This document shows positions 11,715 through 24,600 of a stretch of DNA of 64,000 nucleotides, piece by piece. The stretch is taken from positions 896,001 through 960,000 of the forward strand of contig CAWFAK010000005.1 of the NCBI GenBank assembly GCA_963813715.1, given 5' to 3'. This DNA is from an uncultured Planctomycetaceae bacterium (GTDB taxonomy: Bacteria > Planctomycetota > Planctomycetia > Planctomycetales > Planctomycetaceae). The notes under the pieces are model-generated. The model made no database searches. It was not told where the DNA came from and saw only the letters and a list, made by a program, of their open reading frames with translations. Numbering within the stretch: the first letter of the stretch is position 1; the number at the start of each line of letters is the position of its first letter. The position numbers and the translations under genes were made by a program.

Positions 11715-14700
11715 ATGTTTTTCCGACTGAGTTTCGCCGGTTCGGCGTCGCGATCTTGTCGCTTTCGCCCCGTCCGGCCCTTCGCTTGGCTGGCTTGCGC
11801 CGCGGCTCTAGTCGGTTGCTTGTCGCTGGCTCAGCCGGAGGCGCTGCCCAGGCGCCAGCGCGCCCGCCCGAACCGCAAACGATCGCGAGCCCGCCGAGTT
11901 TAGCCGACGAGCTGCCGCGGATTCCGCCCGTGCCGGCGGACCAGACCGGCCGGACGTTTCAGCTCGAGCATGGATTTCGCCTCGAGCTGTTCGCCGCGGA
12001 GCCGCAGGTCGCCAGCCCGGTCGACGCCTGCTTCGATGAGAACGGCCGCCTGTACGTGGCCGAGATGCGCGATTACCCCTTTTCCTGGGAGCCGACCAAG
12101 CTCAATCCAACGGGCGGCGGGAAGAAAGACGCGGGCGTCATCCGGCTGTTGGAAGATACCGACGGCGATGGCAAGGCCGATCGCAGCGTGATCTTCGCCG
12201 ACAAGCTGACGTGGCCGACGTCGGTTTGCTGCTATCGCGGCGGACTGTTTGTGCTCGCGCCGCCTCACCTGCACTATTTCAAGGACACCGACGGCGACGG
12301 TCGGGCCGACGTGCACCAGATTGTGCTGAGCGGCTTTCGCCGCGATAACGTCCAGGCGGTCGTCAACAACCTCAAATGGAGTCTCGACAATCGCATCGTC
12401 TTCGCCGCCGGCCGCAATGGCGGCACGCTGACGCGCGACGGCAAGAAAGTCTTTGAGATTCATGGTCAGGATCTCTCGCTCGATCCGGCGAGCTTCGCGC
12501 TTACGGCCATCACTGGCGGGGAGCAATTCGGTCTGTCATTTGACGACTGGGGGAACCGCTTCGTCTGCAACAACAGCAACCACATCGAGCAGGTGGTGCT
12601 GGAGGAGCGGTATCTCCGTCGCAACCCGTACTACGCCGCTTCGAACGCCATTCGCACGATTGCCAAGGAGGGGCCGGCCGCTCCCGTGTTTCGCAAGAGC
12701 CCGCCTGAGCCGTGGCGAGTCGTCCGCACGCGTCGCCGCGTTTCCGATCCTGCTGTGCTCCGCACGCTGCCCTTCACCGAGCAATTTGCCATCGGGTATT
12801 TCACGTCCGCGGCCGGGATCACGATCTATCGCGGCGACGCCTACCCGGCCGACTTTCGGGGCAACGCGTTTATCGGTGACGTCGGCGGCAACCTGGTCCA
12901 TCGTAAAACGCTCCGCCGGGACGGGCCGCTGATCATCGCGCAGCGGGCGGAACCCGAGACGGAGTTCTTGACGTCGACCGACAACTGGTTTCGTCCCGTC
13001 AACTTCGTCAACGCGCCCGACGGCACGCTTTACCTCCTCGACATGTACCGCGAGACGATCGAGCACCCCTTCTCCATTCCCGACGACATCAAGGCGCACC
13101 TCGACCTCAACAGCGGTTTCGACCGCGGCCGAATTTATCGGCTGATGCCGCCGGGAAATCACAGGTTGCATTTCTCCAAGCTGGGCGGGCTGAGCACGCT
13201 CGAGCTTGTGCAGCAACTTGAATCAGACAATGCCTGGAACCGGGAGACGGCCCAGCGGCTGCTCGTGGAGCGGCACGATCGGGGGGCCATCGCGCCGTTG
13301 GAACGGCTCGCGAACGAGTCGCCGGCTGCACTGGGCCGCTTGCATGCGCTCTACACGCTCGACGGTCTGTCGGCTCTTTCCGATCGAATCGTGCTCGGTC
13401 GGCTGGCCGATCCCGAACGGCGAATCCGGGCGCACGCCGTGCGGCTGGGCGAGTTGCGTCTCAAACGGTCGCCCGCGCTCTTGGCCGCTGTCGCTCGGTT
13501 GATCGACGATCCCGATCGGCTCGTCCGCTTTCAGCTCGCGCTCTCTTTGGGAGACGCGGAACCGAACGTGGCGGCCGCGCCGCTAACCCGTCTCGCCCGC
13601 GAGGCGGCGACCGACGAGCCGGTGCGCTCGGCTCTGCTGACGTCGGTCGGCGCCAACGCGGATGTCGTCACGCGCGAACTGCTCGCCGACGGTTCGTTCG
13701 CCGATCGGCAGGACACTTCCGTGCTCTTCGGCGACTTGGCGTCGATCGTCGGGGCGCAGCCCGATTCTGCGCGAATCGTGGCCGTGTTGCGGCGAGCGTT
13801 CGAGGCCCAATCGCATCCGGCGGCGCAGCTGGCGATTTTGCGCGGCGTGGGCGAGGGCCTCTCGCGCCGCGGGCTGTCGATTGCGAGCTTGCTGGATTCG
13901 CGAACGAGCGACGCGGATCTCAAACGGGCCGCGGACAACTTGTTCTCGCGCCGCGAAAACGGTGCGCGACGAAGCTGAGCCGGCCGCCGCTCGTCTGTCG
14001 GCCATCCGCCTGTTGGCGTTCGCGCCTTTTCCACAGGCCGCGCTCGTGCTGCCCCAATTGCTGGCGCCGCAAGTGCCGACCGAACTGCAAATCGCGGCCG
14101 TCGTCGCGCTCACCAATCAATCGGAGCCGGCGGTTGCACGGCTGTTGATTCGCCCGTGGCGCAGCTTGGGACCCACGCTGCATCGCGAGGTGATCGACGG
14201 ATTGGTGCGAAAAGCGGCCTGGCTCAGCGAACTATTCGCGGCGATCGAAGCCCGGCAAATCGGCGCCGGCGAGATCGATCGCGACGTCAAGCAGCTGTTG
14301 ATGAATCATCCAAACTCGCAACTGCGGAATCGGGCTCGCCAGCTGTTTGCAGCCGATCGACTGGGCAACGTCGTGGCGATCGTGGAGGCTTACCGCCCGA
14401 CGGTGGAGCGAGCAGGACGGGCCGACCGCGGGCGAGCGATCTACGAGAAACGGTGCGCGACGTGTCACCGCATCGGGACTTTCGGTCACGCAGTCGGCCC
14501 CGACCTGGCGTCGGTGCAGAATAAATCACCGGCCGACCTGCTGGTGGCGATCGTCGATCCGAACCGCGAGGCCCAGCCCAACTACATTTCTTACACGCTG
14601 GTCACCCACCAGGGGACCGTGCACACGGGGATCATCGTTGCCGAGTCAGCCGCCGGCGTGACGTTGCGTCGGGCCGATGCCCGGGAAGACCGCGTCCTTC

Positions 14701-14834
14701 GTAGCGAAATCGAAGAACTCGCCTCGACAGGTAAATCGCTCATGCCCGAGGGGCTCGAGAAGGACATCCCCGCGGCCGAGATGGCCGACCTGATCGCCTT
14801 CATCAAGTCGCTGCGTCCCGCCCCGCCGAAATAG
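11715..14834 (+). CDS. PVC-type heme-binding CxxCH protein (membrane-bound dehydrogenase-like propeller, HEAT-like repeats, cytochrome c); frameshifts near 11850 and 13955
   Basis: FRLELFAAEP, LEDTDGDGKAD, DNWFRPVN, RGRIYR; C-terminal CATCH, GPDL and SLMPEGLE. Confidence 0.92.
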
Positions 14835-14861
14835 CGCGGCGGGCAATCGGCCGCACGACGA

Positions 14862-15689
14862 TCAGCCCTTGTCGGCCCAGATCGCGCGGCGTTCCCCGGG
14901 GACGAACTGCGACGTTTGGTACCAGGTGCTTTTCTTTTTCGACTTGGTATCGAAGACGGCCGAGTAACGAACGCCGCCGATCAGCACCAAGGCCGATATG
15001 CTCGCCGTCAGACCCCAGACAAACAGCCACAGTCGCCAGGCCTTGGCCGGCATCTTGCGGATCGCGTATCGCCAGAAATCGAGCGGCTTTAGGAAGATGT
15101 CGAACGGTCCGTACTTGTCGGTGTTGGGAATCGCGTAGAAGAAGACGAGCACATGCGCGGTGCCCGCCGCGACCAGCCCGATGACCGTTTGCAGAATCGT
15201 CCAAACGGCGCGTGACGGACCGAACTTCGGCAAGGTGAGCGAAACGTACACGCTCATCACGAAGACGGCCATCACGCCCACCCACAGCACGTGCGTCCAT
15301 AACGGCAACGATTTCAACACCGTCATGTACGATTCGGCACGTGGGCCGTGCTCCAATCCTGCTTCGCCCGATCCGGCCGGCGCCACCGGCGTGATCGGCA
15401 AGCCAAGCCGCGGGTGATAAAAGCAATTCGGACACCAGGAGGAGATGCCCCACGGCTCCGTCGACCCGCACTGCGGGCAAGGCTGGCGCTCTGGCTTGGC
15501 TTCGCCACTCGTGGTCGTCGGGGTGATCGGTGCGGCAGCCGCCGGAGTGGCAGGCGCCTGCGAGGTGCGAGCAGACGGCTCGGCCGGCGGATCCAACACC
15601 GCGACGCCCGGCCCATTCTCGTTTTGTCCCGCCTCGCTCTGTCCGCCGCGGGACTTGTTCAGCACGTTCGTAAATAGTCCAACCAGCAT
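14862..15689 (-). CDS. Hypothetical membrane protein with Cys4 zinc-ribbon
   Basis: CPQC...CPNC followed by three hydrophobic segments. Confidence 0.7.
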   Translation of the reverse strand: MLVGLFTNVLNKSRGGQSEAGQNENGPGVAVLDPPAEPSARTSQAPATPAAAAPITPTTTSGEAKPERQPCPQCGSTEPWGISSWCPNCFYHPRLGLPITPVAPAGSGEAGLEHGPRAESYMTVLKSLPLWTHVLWVGVMAVFVMSVYVSLTLPKFGPSRAVWTILQTVIGLVAAGTAHVLVFFYAIPNTDKYGPFDIFLKPLDFWRYAIRKMPAKAWRLWLFVWGLTASISALVLIGGVRYSAVFDTKSKKKSTWYQTSQFVPGERRAIWADKG

Positions 15690-15889
15690 GCGCGCGCCTC
15701 CCCTGGTACGAAGAAGAGGCTAGTTCGCCGGCCGAAAGCTGCCGCGGAAATTCGGGTGGCCGCAGTGAGTCGTGCCGGTCTGCTCACCCGATTCTGCAAA
15801 AAACAGCGGACAAAGCCCGTGCGAGTTGTGACGGCGGGACCGATCGCAGCGATCGACAGGGTTCTACGGAGGCCGTCGCGCTCTTCGGC

Positions 15890-17985
15890 TCAGTTGGCTT
15901 TGACTTCCGCCGTCAGCGGGATAAAGGACTCGCCGCCGCTTTCCGCGACGTCGATCGGCACCGTCCAATGTTCGCTTCCCAACTTGCAAAGCCCGCTCAC
16001 GCCGCCGCGACAATACGTGAAACTGAGCGCCACCTCGAGGACGGCGTGGCCCGGCTTGAGCGCGGTGGGAATCGAGACGCGGGCCTTGTCGGCATCGAGC
16101 GTGGCGGCGTGGCGCTTGCTGAGCTGGCTCGTCGCGACGAGCGCGGTCGGCTCGGCCGCACGCAGTCGGCAAGTGATTGGAGCTTCCTTGTTGAGCTTGC
16201 AGTCGGCGGGGAGATGGAACGAGAACTCCAGCCGCAACGCGTCGCCCGTCGCCAGATGCACCGTCGGAAGCGAGGCCTTGACGGTATCCTTCGACGCGAA
16301 TTCGTCCGGCGTCTGCTCGTGGCTCTTTGGCGCCGTGAGGCCTTCGATCTCGAAGACTCGCACGTTTCGGCCCGACGCGTCGGCGACTTTGATCACCTGG
16401 TTGTTCGTGTCGGCGATGTAGAGTTTGCCCCCCGCAAACGAGAGTCCGCCCGGCTCGGAGAATTGCGGCGGATCGAGACCGTCTCCCCGCTTCCCAGTTC
16501 CTAACAGCGTCTCCGCCACGCCGGTCGACGGGTCGACGACTTTGATTTTGTGGTTGTAGCTGTCGGCGACGTACAGCCGCCCTGACGCGTACGCGAGGCC
16601 CAGGGGATGCTGGAGCCGCGCGGCTGAGCCCTTGCCGTCCACGTCGCCGAACGCGAATAGCGACTGCCCGTTGTCGAGATTCGACGTGCCCGCCAAGGTG
16701 CCGACGGGTCCGGGAGGGTCGAGTGGAATGCGGCGAATGGCCGAGCCTTCGCTGTCGGCCACGAACAGAAACCGCCCGTCGCTCGCCAGTCCGGAGGGCT
16801 GTGCGAAAGCGGCCTCTTCGGGCGGTCCGTCAAGCACGTCTTCGCGACCGGTTCCGGCGAATACGCGAATCGTGTCAGTCCCCAGGGTATGCGCCAGATC
16901 TGATGAGCGCCGGCCATTGCCACATACAGTGTGCGGCCGACGATCAGCAGATCCCACGGGCTATTGAGCGCCGTTTCCCGCAGCGCTCCCTCCGTGCCCT
17001 TGCCCGGCGACTGCTTGCCCGTGCCGGCGAGCGTCGTCACTTTCTTGTGCTTCAGGTCGAGGACGCGGATCAAATGGTTTTCCGTGTCGGCTACGTAGAG
17101 CTTGTCGCCGGCGAGCGCCATTCCCTGCGGATGCTGAAACGTGGCCGACGCGAACGGGCCGTTCTTTTCGCCGACGGCGCCGCTGCCGGCAACGTTGAGC
17201 AGCTTGCCGTCCAGCGACGAGATCACGATGCGGTTGTGGTTGCTATCAGCGATGAACAGGCGGCCGCCCGATTCATCGGCCAGCACCTTGCCGGGGAATT
17301 TCAGCGGGGTGGCCGGCAGCTTGTGCCGCTCGAGCCCCAGCGCCAACGGCGCCCGATCGAGCGTGCCGTTCCCCTCGTGATAGGCGACGAGCTTGGCAAT
17401 ATCCGCGTCAAGCGCGGCCCGATGCCCCTCGCCCGTAACGGCCTTCACGAGTTTCCCTTCGGGATCGATGAGGGCCAGCGTGGGCCAGACGTTGACACCG
17501 CCCCGTGACCAGACGGTCAGGTCCGAATCGTTGAGGACCGGGTGCTCGATCTCGTAACGGACGATGGCCCGGCGAATGTTTTCGGACTCTTTTTCGTTGG
17601 CGAACTTGGCCGAGTGCACGCCGATCACCACCAGCTCGCGCGGATACTTGTGCTCGAGATATTTAAGGTCGGGCAGGATGTGCATGCAGTTGATGCAGCA
17701 ATAGGTCCAAAAGTCGATGATCACGATTTTGCCGCGGAGATCCTTGAGCTCGATCGGCCCGGAGACATTCAGCCAGCCGTGGCCCCCGTCGAACAGATCG
17801 TCCGGCACCTTGACCCGATGCGGGAATGGATTGGCGACCCGGCGGTGCGCAGTGGAGGCGCCCTTGGCCGGCTTCTCGGGATCCGCCAGACCGCGATCGA
17901 CGCGGCCCAGGCAGGCGCAGAGCGCCAGGAGCGAACAGACGAGCAGAGTTTTCGCTCGCAGTTTTCTGGAACGCAGGGTGTGCAT
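15890..17985 (-). CDS. Thioredoxin-like domain plus NHL-repeat protein (NHLRC2/SOQ1-like architecture), with signal peptide; frameshift near 16900
   Basis: IDFWTYCCINCMH, VIGVHSAKF, repeated LYVADTENH/LFIADSNHN/LYVADSYNH blades. Confidence 0.9.
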
Positions 17986-18249
17986 CGCAGCGGGCCCTCG
18001 AAGACGCACAGGGGCGAGCAGGATCATTCGTCGGCAGGAATGGAGTCGAATTCTCCCGGCTTGCGGCAACGTCAATCGTAACAGGCCTGCGTGCGGCTCG
18101 GAAGTTTTTAGCACTCCTTTTGGTCCGCGCTCGCAAAACAATGACGGCTGCGTAGGCTGGCGCGACGCTCGCGGTGCGTTACAATTCTCGATCAACGGAC
18201 GAAAACGCGGGTTTGTACTTAGAGAGTTCTTACCAGACGGAGCCGAAGC

Positions 18250-19207
18250 GTGGCGCGGTCGCGGACGGCCGGAAGGTGCGAGCAGGGAGTGCGGCAGCAG
18301 GACTGCATCGACGGGCTGGCAGCCGTGCCGGCCGGCAGCATCGATCTCGTCTTCGCCGATCCGCCGTTCAACATCGGCTACGAGTACGACACGTACGACG
18401 ATCGCCAGAGCCGCGATGAGTATCTCGCCTGGTGCCGCCGCTGGATCGAGGGCGTTTATCGCGGGCTCAAGCCGTCGGGCACGTTCTGGCTGGCGATCGG
18501 CGACGAGCGGGCCGCCGAGCTCAAGCTGCTCTCGCAGGAGATCGGCTTTCACTGCCGCAGTTGGGTGATCTGGTACTACACCTTCGGCGTCAATTGCACG
18601 CACAAGTTCAGCCGTTCGCACGCCGCACCTGTTCTACTTTGTGAAAGACCCGGCGACGTTCACGTTTCGCGAGGACGATCCGCAAAATCGCGTCCCCTCG
18701 GCGCGACAATTGGTTTATGCCGATCGGCGGGCCAATCCCCGCGGGCGGTTGCCGGACGATACCTGGATCCTCCGTCCGCAGGACATGAGCGACTGCTTCA
18801 CGGCAGATGAGGACACCTGGTACTTCCCCCGCGTGGCCGGCACCTTCAAAGAGCGGGCCGGTTTCCACGGGTGCCAGATGCCCGAGCAACTGTTGGCCCG
18901 CATCATCCGCACCTGCTCGAACGAAGGCGAGTTGGTGGTCGATCCGTTCTCCGGAAGCGCCACGACGCTGGTGGTCGCCAAGAAGCTGGGCCGCCGATTC
19001 CTCGGCTTCGAGATCAGCGAAGAATACGCGCTCCGGGGCAACAAGCGCCTGGAGCAAGTGCAGAGCGGCGACTCCCTCCGCGGGGCGGCCGACCCACTCA
19101 CGAGCTGCCCGTCGACGGCCAACGGCAAACGCCGCCGCCCGGAAAAGCGAGGCCAACGGCACATCGACCTGCCCGCTGAGGCCGGCGAATCGGCAGCCGG
19201 CGGGTGA
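18250..19207 (+). CDS. Site-specific DNA methyltransferase, N4-C/N6-A beta class; frameshift near 18628; start uncertain
   Basis: Catalytic motif FADPPFN precedes HGCQMP and the SAM-binding motif DPFSGSATT. Confidence 0.9.
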
Positions 19208-19410
19208 GCGCGGTCCGAACTCCCTTCGATCGATTTCCCTTCGATCCGAATTGCGTTGATCCACTTGGCCGTTCGGCCCGTTACCCCTTACCCATTGGCC
19301 GATGCGTGCCGATTGCAGGGCTGAGTGCCAAGACGGCCGATCGCTAAGATTTGCCGGCGAGCGGCGAACAACTGCCCGACCGACCCGAACAGGCCTCTGA
19401 CGATCACTCG

Positions 19411-20337
19411 ATGATTCAAGCCACCGGACTGCACAAATCGTTCGGCCAACTGCACGCCGTGCGCGGGATCGACCTCGAGATCCAGAGGGGCGAGACCTTT
19501 GGCCTGTTGGGAGCCAACGGGGCCGGCAAGTCGACGACCATCAATCTACTTGCCGGATTGATGGAGCCCGACGCGGGGCAGATCGTGATCGACGGCTCGA
19601 CCGACCCGACTCGCCGCGAGGTCCGCCGCCAGATCGGCATCGCGCCGCAGTCGCTGGCTTTGTACGAGGAGCTGTCAGCGGAGGAAAACATTTGCTTCCT
19701 CGGCAAGCTCTACGGACTGGGCGGGAGCAAGTTGAAAGAGCGGATCGAATACGCGCTCACGTTGGCGGGACTCGTCGATCGACGCAAGGATCCGGTCGGC
19801 CAGTTCTCCGGGGGGATGAAGCGCAGGTTGAATCTGGCCGCTGCGCTGGTGCACGAGCCGAAGGTGCTGTTCCTCGATGAGCCGACGGTCGGCGTCGACC
19901 CGCAGTCGCGCAATCGGTTGTTCGACAACATTCAGGAGCTGGCCGCGCAGGGGATGACCATCCTCTACACGACGCACTACATGGAAGAGGCCGAACGACT
20001 TTGCGACCGCGTGGCCATCATCGAGCAGGGGCAGATCCTCGCGCTCGATCGCGTCGACGGACTGATCGACCGCTACGGCGGGCTGGCCGTCGTCGAGGCG
20101 GAGTTGAAGAACGGACACCTCGATGCCGACCAACACCGGGCGAGCCTGGCCGCCGCCATCGGCAAGGCCGACTTCCAGCTCGACGCAAACAAATTGCGAC
20201 TGCAATCGAAGGAGCCGCTGGAAGACGTGGCGCGGCTGGCCCAGGCGGGCATCGGCCTGAAGACGTTGCGGCTCGACCGCCCCGACCTGGAGACGGTTTT
20301 TCTCAACCTCACCGGACGCAGGCTCCGCGACGAATGA
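19411..20337 (+). CDS. ABC-2 type exporter ATP-binding protein
   Basis: GANGAGKST, FSGGMKRR, LFLDEPT and TTHYMEEAE. Confidence 0.95.
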   Translation: MIQATGLHKSFGQLHAVRGIDLEIQRGETFGLLGANGAGKSTTINLLAGLMEPDAGQIVIDGSTDPTRREVRRQIGIAPQSLALYEELSAEENICFLGKLYGLGGSKLKERIEYALTLAGLVDRRKDPVGQFSGGMKRRLNLAAALVHEPKVLFLDEPTVGVDPQSRNRLFDNIQELAAQGMTILYTTHYMEEAERLCDRVAIIEQGQILALDRVDGLIDRYGGLAVVEAELKNGHLDADQHRASLAAAIGKADFQLDANKLRLQSKEPLEDVARLAQAGIGLKTLRLDRPDLETVFLNLTGRRLRDE

Positions 20338-21622
20338 ATCGCGTCATCACGCTAGCATTCAAAGATCTGGCCGTGCTCCGTCGCGAGAAGGAAGCGCTGT
20401 TTTGGATCTTCCTCTTCCCGCTCGTGTTCGCGCTGTTCTTTGGTTTCCTGTCGGGAGGTGGCGGAGGCGAACGAGGCAAGCTGCGGGTCGCCTTTGTCGA
20501 CGACGACCACAGCGAGGGCTCCCGCGCCTTGTTCGAAAAACTGCAAAAGTCGGATTCGCTGGCGGTCTACGACGAGTCGAAGGTCGGCACCCCCTTCACG
20601 GCCGACTCGGCCCGCAATGCCGTGCGCCGCGGCGATCTGACGGCATTTTTGATCGTGCCGTCGGGCTATGGCGCGACGGCCGACTCCTTCTGGCAGCCGG
20701 GGAAGCCGCTTGAGCTGGGCATCGATCCCTCGCGGACGGCCGAGGCCGGCATGCTCGAAGGCGCGCTGATGCAGACGATCTTCTCGGGTCTCGGGCAGCA
20801 GCTCACGGATCCGAAGCGGGTCAAAGCGAACGCCGACAAGGCCCTGGCTGAGCTGGATCGGTCCAGGGGCCTGGATGCCGACCAGAAGAAGCTGCTCAAG
20901 AGCTTTCTGGGTGATTGGGAAAAATTTATGGGCAGCGCGCCGGCATCGGTCGCCGAGTACTCGCCGTTTGCCGCGGAGAATAAGCTGAAAAAAGTGCCGG
21001 TCGTGCTCGAGGAAGGCAACAAGCCCAAGTCGGCGTTCGAAGTCACCTTCCCGTCCGCCGTCACCTGGGGCATGTACGGCTGCATCATTTCATTCGCGAT
21101 TTCGATCGTGAGTGAGCGGACGAAAGGGACGTTGATCCGGCTGCGGATGTCGCCCTTGAGCTGGGCCGAGATCGTCGCCGGCAAAGGGCTCGCCTGCTTT
21201 CTGGTGAGCGTGCTGGTTGCCGTCGCGCTGATGGTCCTGGGCCATCTCCTCTTCGGCATTCGCGTCGAGAGCGTGGTGGGGCTGGCGCTGGCCATCGTCA
21301 GCGCAGCCTTCTGCTACACGGGGCTGATGATGGCGCTCGCGGGGCTCGGCAAGACCGAAAAAGCCGTCTCGGGCTCGGCGGCGGCCGTCTTTATGCCCCT
21401 GGCGATGATCGGCGGAGCGATGATTCCCCTGGCCTTCATGCCCGCCTGGATGCAGACGGTCAGCAACATCAGCCCGACGAAGTGGAACATCGTGGCGCTC
21501 GAGGGGGCGATCTGGCGCGGCAATTCGCTCGCCGAGATGATGCTGCCCTGCGGCGTATTGCTGGCGATCGGCGCGGCTGGATTTGCGCTGGGCGTCCGAT
21601 TTCTTTCGCGCAAAAAGTCTGA
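20334..21622 (+). CDS. ABC-2 type exporter permease (3' end uncertain; the ORF reads on to 21728)
   Basis: ATGA overlap with the ATPase; N-terminal TM, large extracellular loop, ERTKGTLIRLRMSP, several C-terminal TMs, MPAWMQTVSNISP. Confidence 0.9.
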
Positions 21623-21654
21623 CGCCGGCGCTGCTCGCACGTGCCCGCGGGGAT

Positions 21655-24600
21655 TTAGCGATCGAGCAGTCGGCTCAATTGGCGGACCCGTTCGGCGTAG
21701 CGTTCGATGTCGTCCTGTAAACGGTTGACGTGCGAGCCGTAACCGAGTCGTCGGGCGAGGAAGACGAACTCTTCGGATTCTGGGGCGGGGACGGTGAGGT
21801 CGCGGGCGTGGCCGCGGACGATCCGCAGGGCGTCGATCAGATCGCGCTGGAAGACGTAGGCTTCGCGCAGGCTCGCGGCGTCTTCGGCCGAGACCAGGCC
21901 GCGGTCTTTGAGGGCAGCGAGCGCGTCGAGCGTGTTGACTGCCCGCAGCGACGGGTCGAGATGCCCGTGCGTGATCTGCAGGCCCTGCACGAGATACTCG
22001 GTGTCGACGAGCTGCCCGGGGCTGAGCTTGGCGTTGGTGGTGCCCGCCTTCACCAGTTGCCGCAGTTGCTTCTCGCGCATGGCCCGCATGGCGGCCACGT
22101 CGAAGGGCTCTCCGGAATAAATGAGGCGATCGCGCAGGGCGACGATCTCGGCGCCGAACGCGAGGTCGCCGGCGATCGGACGGAGCTTCACCAGCGCCTG
22201 CCGCTCGTAGGGCCAAGCCGCTCCCTCAGGACCAAAATAGCCGGCGAAGGCGTCGAGCGAGACGGCGAGGCTGCCCGCTCGGCCGTAGGGTCGCAAGCGG
22301 AGGTCGACTTGAAAGACCCCTTCCTCTCGCGAACGGATGGTGTGGGTCAAAGCCTCCACGAACCGCTGATAGAACTCGGCGGTGCCGATTGTCTCAGGTC
22401 CGGCCGTCGTGCCATTGCCGTCGTAGACGAACATCAGCTCGATGTCGGACGCGTAGCCTAACTCACGTCCGCCGCACTTGCCGAGCGCAGGCGCACAACC
22501 GGGCCGGTTGGCCGTCGCTGGTTCGCGGTTGGCCGTAACGCCGCTGCAGGTCGCGGAGGCAGATGTTGAGCGCGGCCCCGACGACGACCGCCGCCACGTC
22601 CCCCAACTCGGCCGAAAACTGGCCGAACTCGCCGACCAGGCCGAGGATGTGCCGCATGTCGGCCCGGAACATTTCGCGATCTTTGAACGCGTTGAGCCGC
22701 TCGCGGCGTTCTTCGGTCGTGGCCGCGGCCGTCAACTGGGCGTCGAGCTCCGCAGCCAGCGCCGCGCGGGTCTTGCGCTGTTCGAGCCCGGAAATATCCC
22801 GCACGACGGGGAACAAATTGACGTGCTGCAGCCGGAGAAAATCCTCCCAGAGGAAATCGCTCACCCCCAGCAGCCGGGCGAGAGCGGCCAGCACGTCCGA
22901 GCGTTCCAGCGACGCCAACTCGTGCAGCCAGTCGGGCTGTTGGAAGAGCTGGGCGAGGAAGTCGCGAAAGTGCAGCAGCGCCGCTTCGGGATTGGGCGAG
23001 CGCGGCAGCAAATGCGTGAAGTGCTTGATCAGCACGATGGCCGCCCGCAGCTCGCTTTGACGGCCCGGGTCGGTGATTTTTTCTCCCGCCGAGTCGGTGA
23101 CGTACAGCGTGTCGAACGCGCGGTTTCCGCGCGAGTCGACAATCATCCGCTGGATGTCGATGCCCGCCAGCGCGAGCGCGTTGGCCAGCTCATAGAGAAA
23201 GCCCATCGTGTCTTCGGAGCGGATCCGCAGCACACTCGAGCGGGGCGAGGCTTCGTTGTCGATTTCGATTTCGACCGGATAGAGCGTGGTGGCCGTCTCC
23301 GACGTCGCCGGAACGGCCGAGGCGACCCGCTTGGCCAGGCGTCCGTGGACTTCGCCGACGCGGCCGCTGCGGGCCTCGCGAATCAGGTCGGCCAATTCGC
23401 TCGCGTAGTTCTGCCAGAGAGCGACGAGCCCGCCGGGCGGCAGCTTGGTCGGCGGCTCGACGGTGAAGACATCGACGAACTTGGCGGCGGTGGTGTCAGC
23501 GTGGGCGGTCGCGCCGTGCGTGCGAGCGCGGGGCAGCGGACGAGGCACGGGCGGCGCTCCGGAGACATTTTCCTCGGAGAACGCGTTGCCGTCGACAATG
23601 TTGCAGCCCCAAGCAAACAGCAGCCCGCAGATGATGGCCAGTTCGCCCGGGTGATTGAAGCCGACCACCGTCACCTGCCAACGGCCGTCGGCCACGGGCG
23701 CGGCGGCGACGTCGACGGGCGCCGCATCGGAGAGCCTGGCCAAAAGCTCGAGATGCCGGGCCCGGTCGGCCGACTCGAAGGTTTCAACGTAAGAGGCCTC
23801 CATGTGCAGCGGAGGGGGCACGGCCATCTCAACCGATTGAGCCGCGCCGCCGGCGCGCGTCTTGCCGTCGAGGTAGTTGCGATAGATGGCTCGCACCGAC
23901 GCGCGGTGCCGGTTGTAGTAGTCCAGGAACTGGTCGGCGTCGGCAAAGTCGAGCCGCCGGGCGAGGAACGCGAGCTCACGGCGGTCCTCGGGGAGCGAGT
24001 GCGTTTGCTTGTGATGCATCAGCTGCAGGGAGTGTTCGATCGTGCGGAAAAACGTGTAGGCGCTGGCCAGTTGGCGGTACTCGTCGGCCTGGATGAAGGA
24101 GAAGTCGGCCAAGCGCACCAGTCCGTCGAGCGTGTTGATGCTGCGGACGTGGGGCTCCTCCCGCCCGTGGGCCAGCTGCAGGAACTGCGTGACGAATTCG
24201 ATGTCGCGGATCGAGCCGGCTCCCGATTTGACTTCGCCCCAGTCGCGGCCGCGGCGTTCGAGATTGGCTTCGATCCGCGCCTTGAGCTTGCGGATACTTT
24301 CGCGGATTTGATCGACCGGCGCGCCGAAGAGCAGCGGGTCGACCCGCTTGAGGAACGTTTCGCCCAACTGCGGATCGCCGGCGATGACACGAGCCTTGAG
24401 CAGCGCCTGCTTCTCCCAGAGCATGCCGTGCGCCTTGAGATACTGCACGTGCCCGTCGATGGTGTTCACGAGCGCACCCGAGCGGCCCCACGGACGCAGC
24501 CGCATGTCGACGCGGTACAAGAATCCCTCAGCCGTCGACTCGGTGAGCGCCTTGATCAGTCGCTGCCCCAACGTCCAATAACGGCTCGCGTCGGCCTCGG

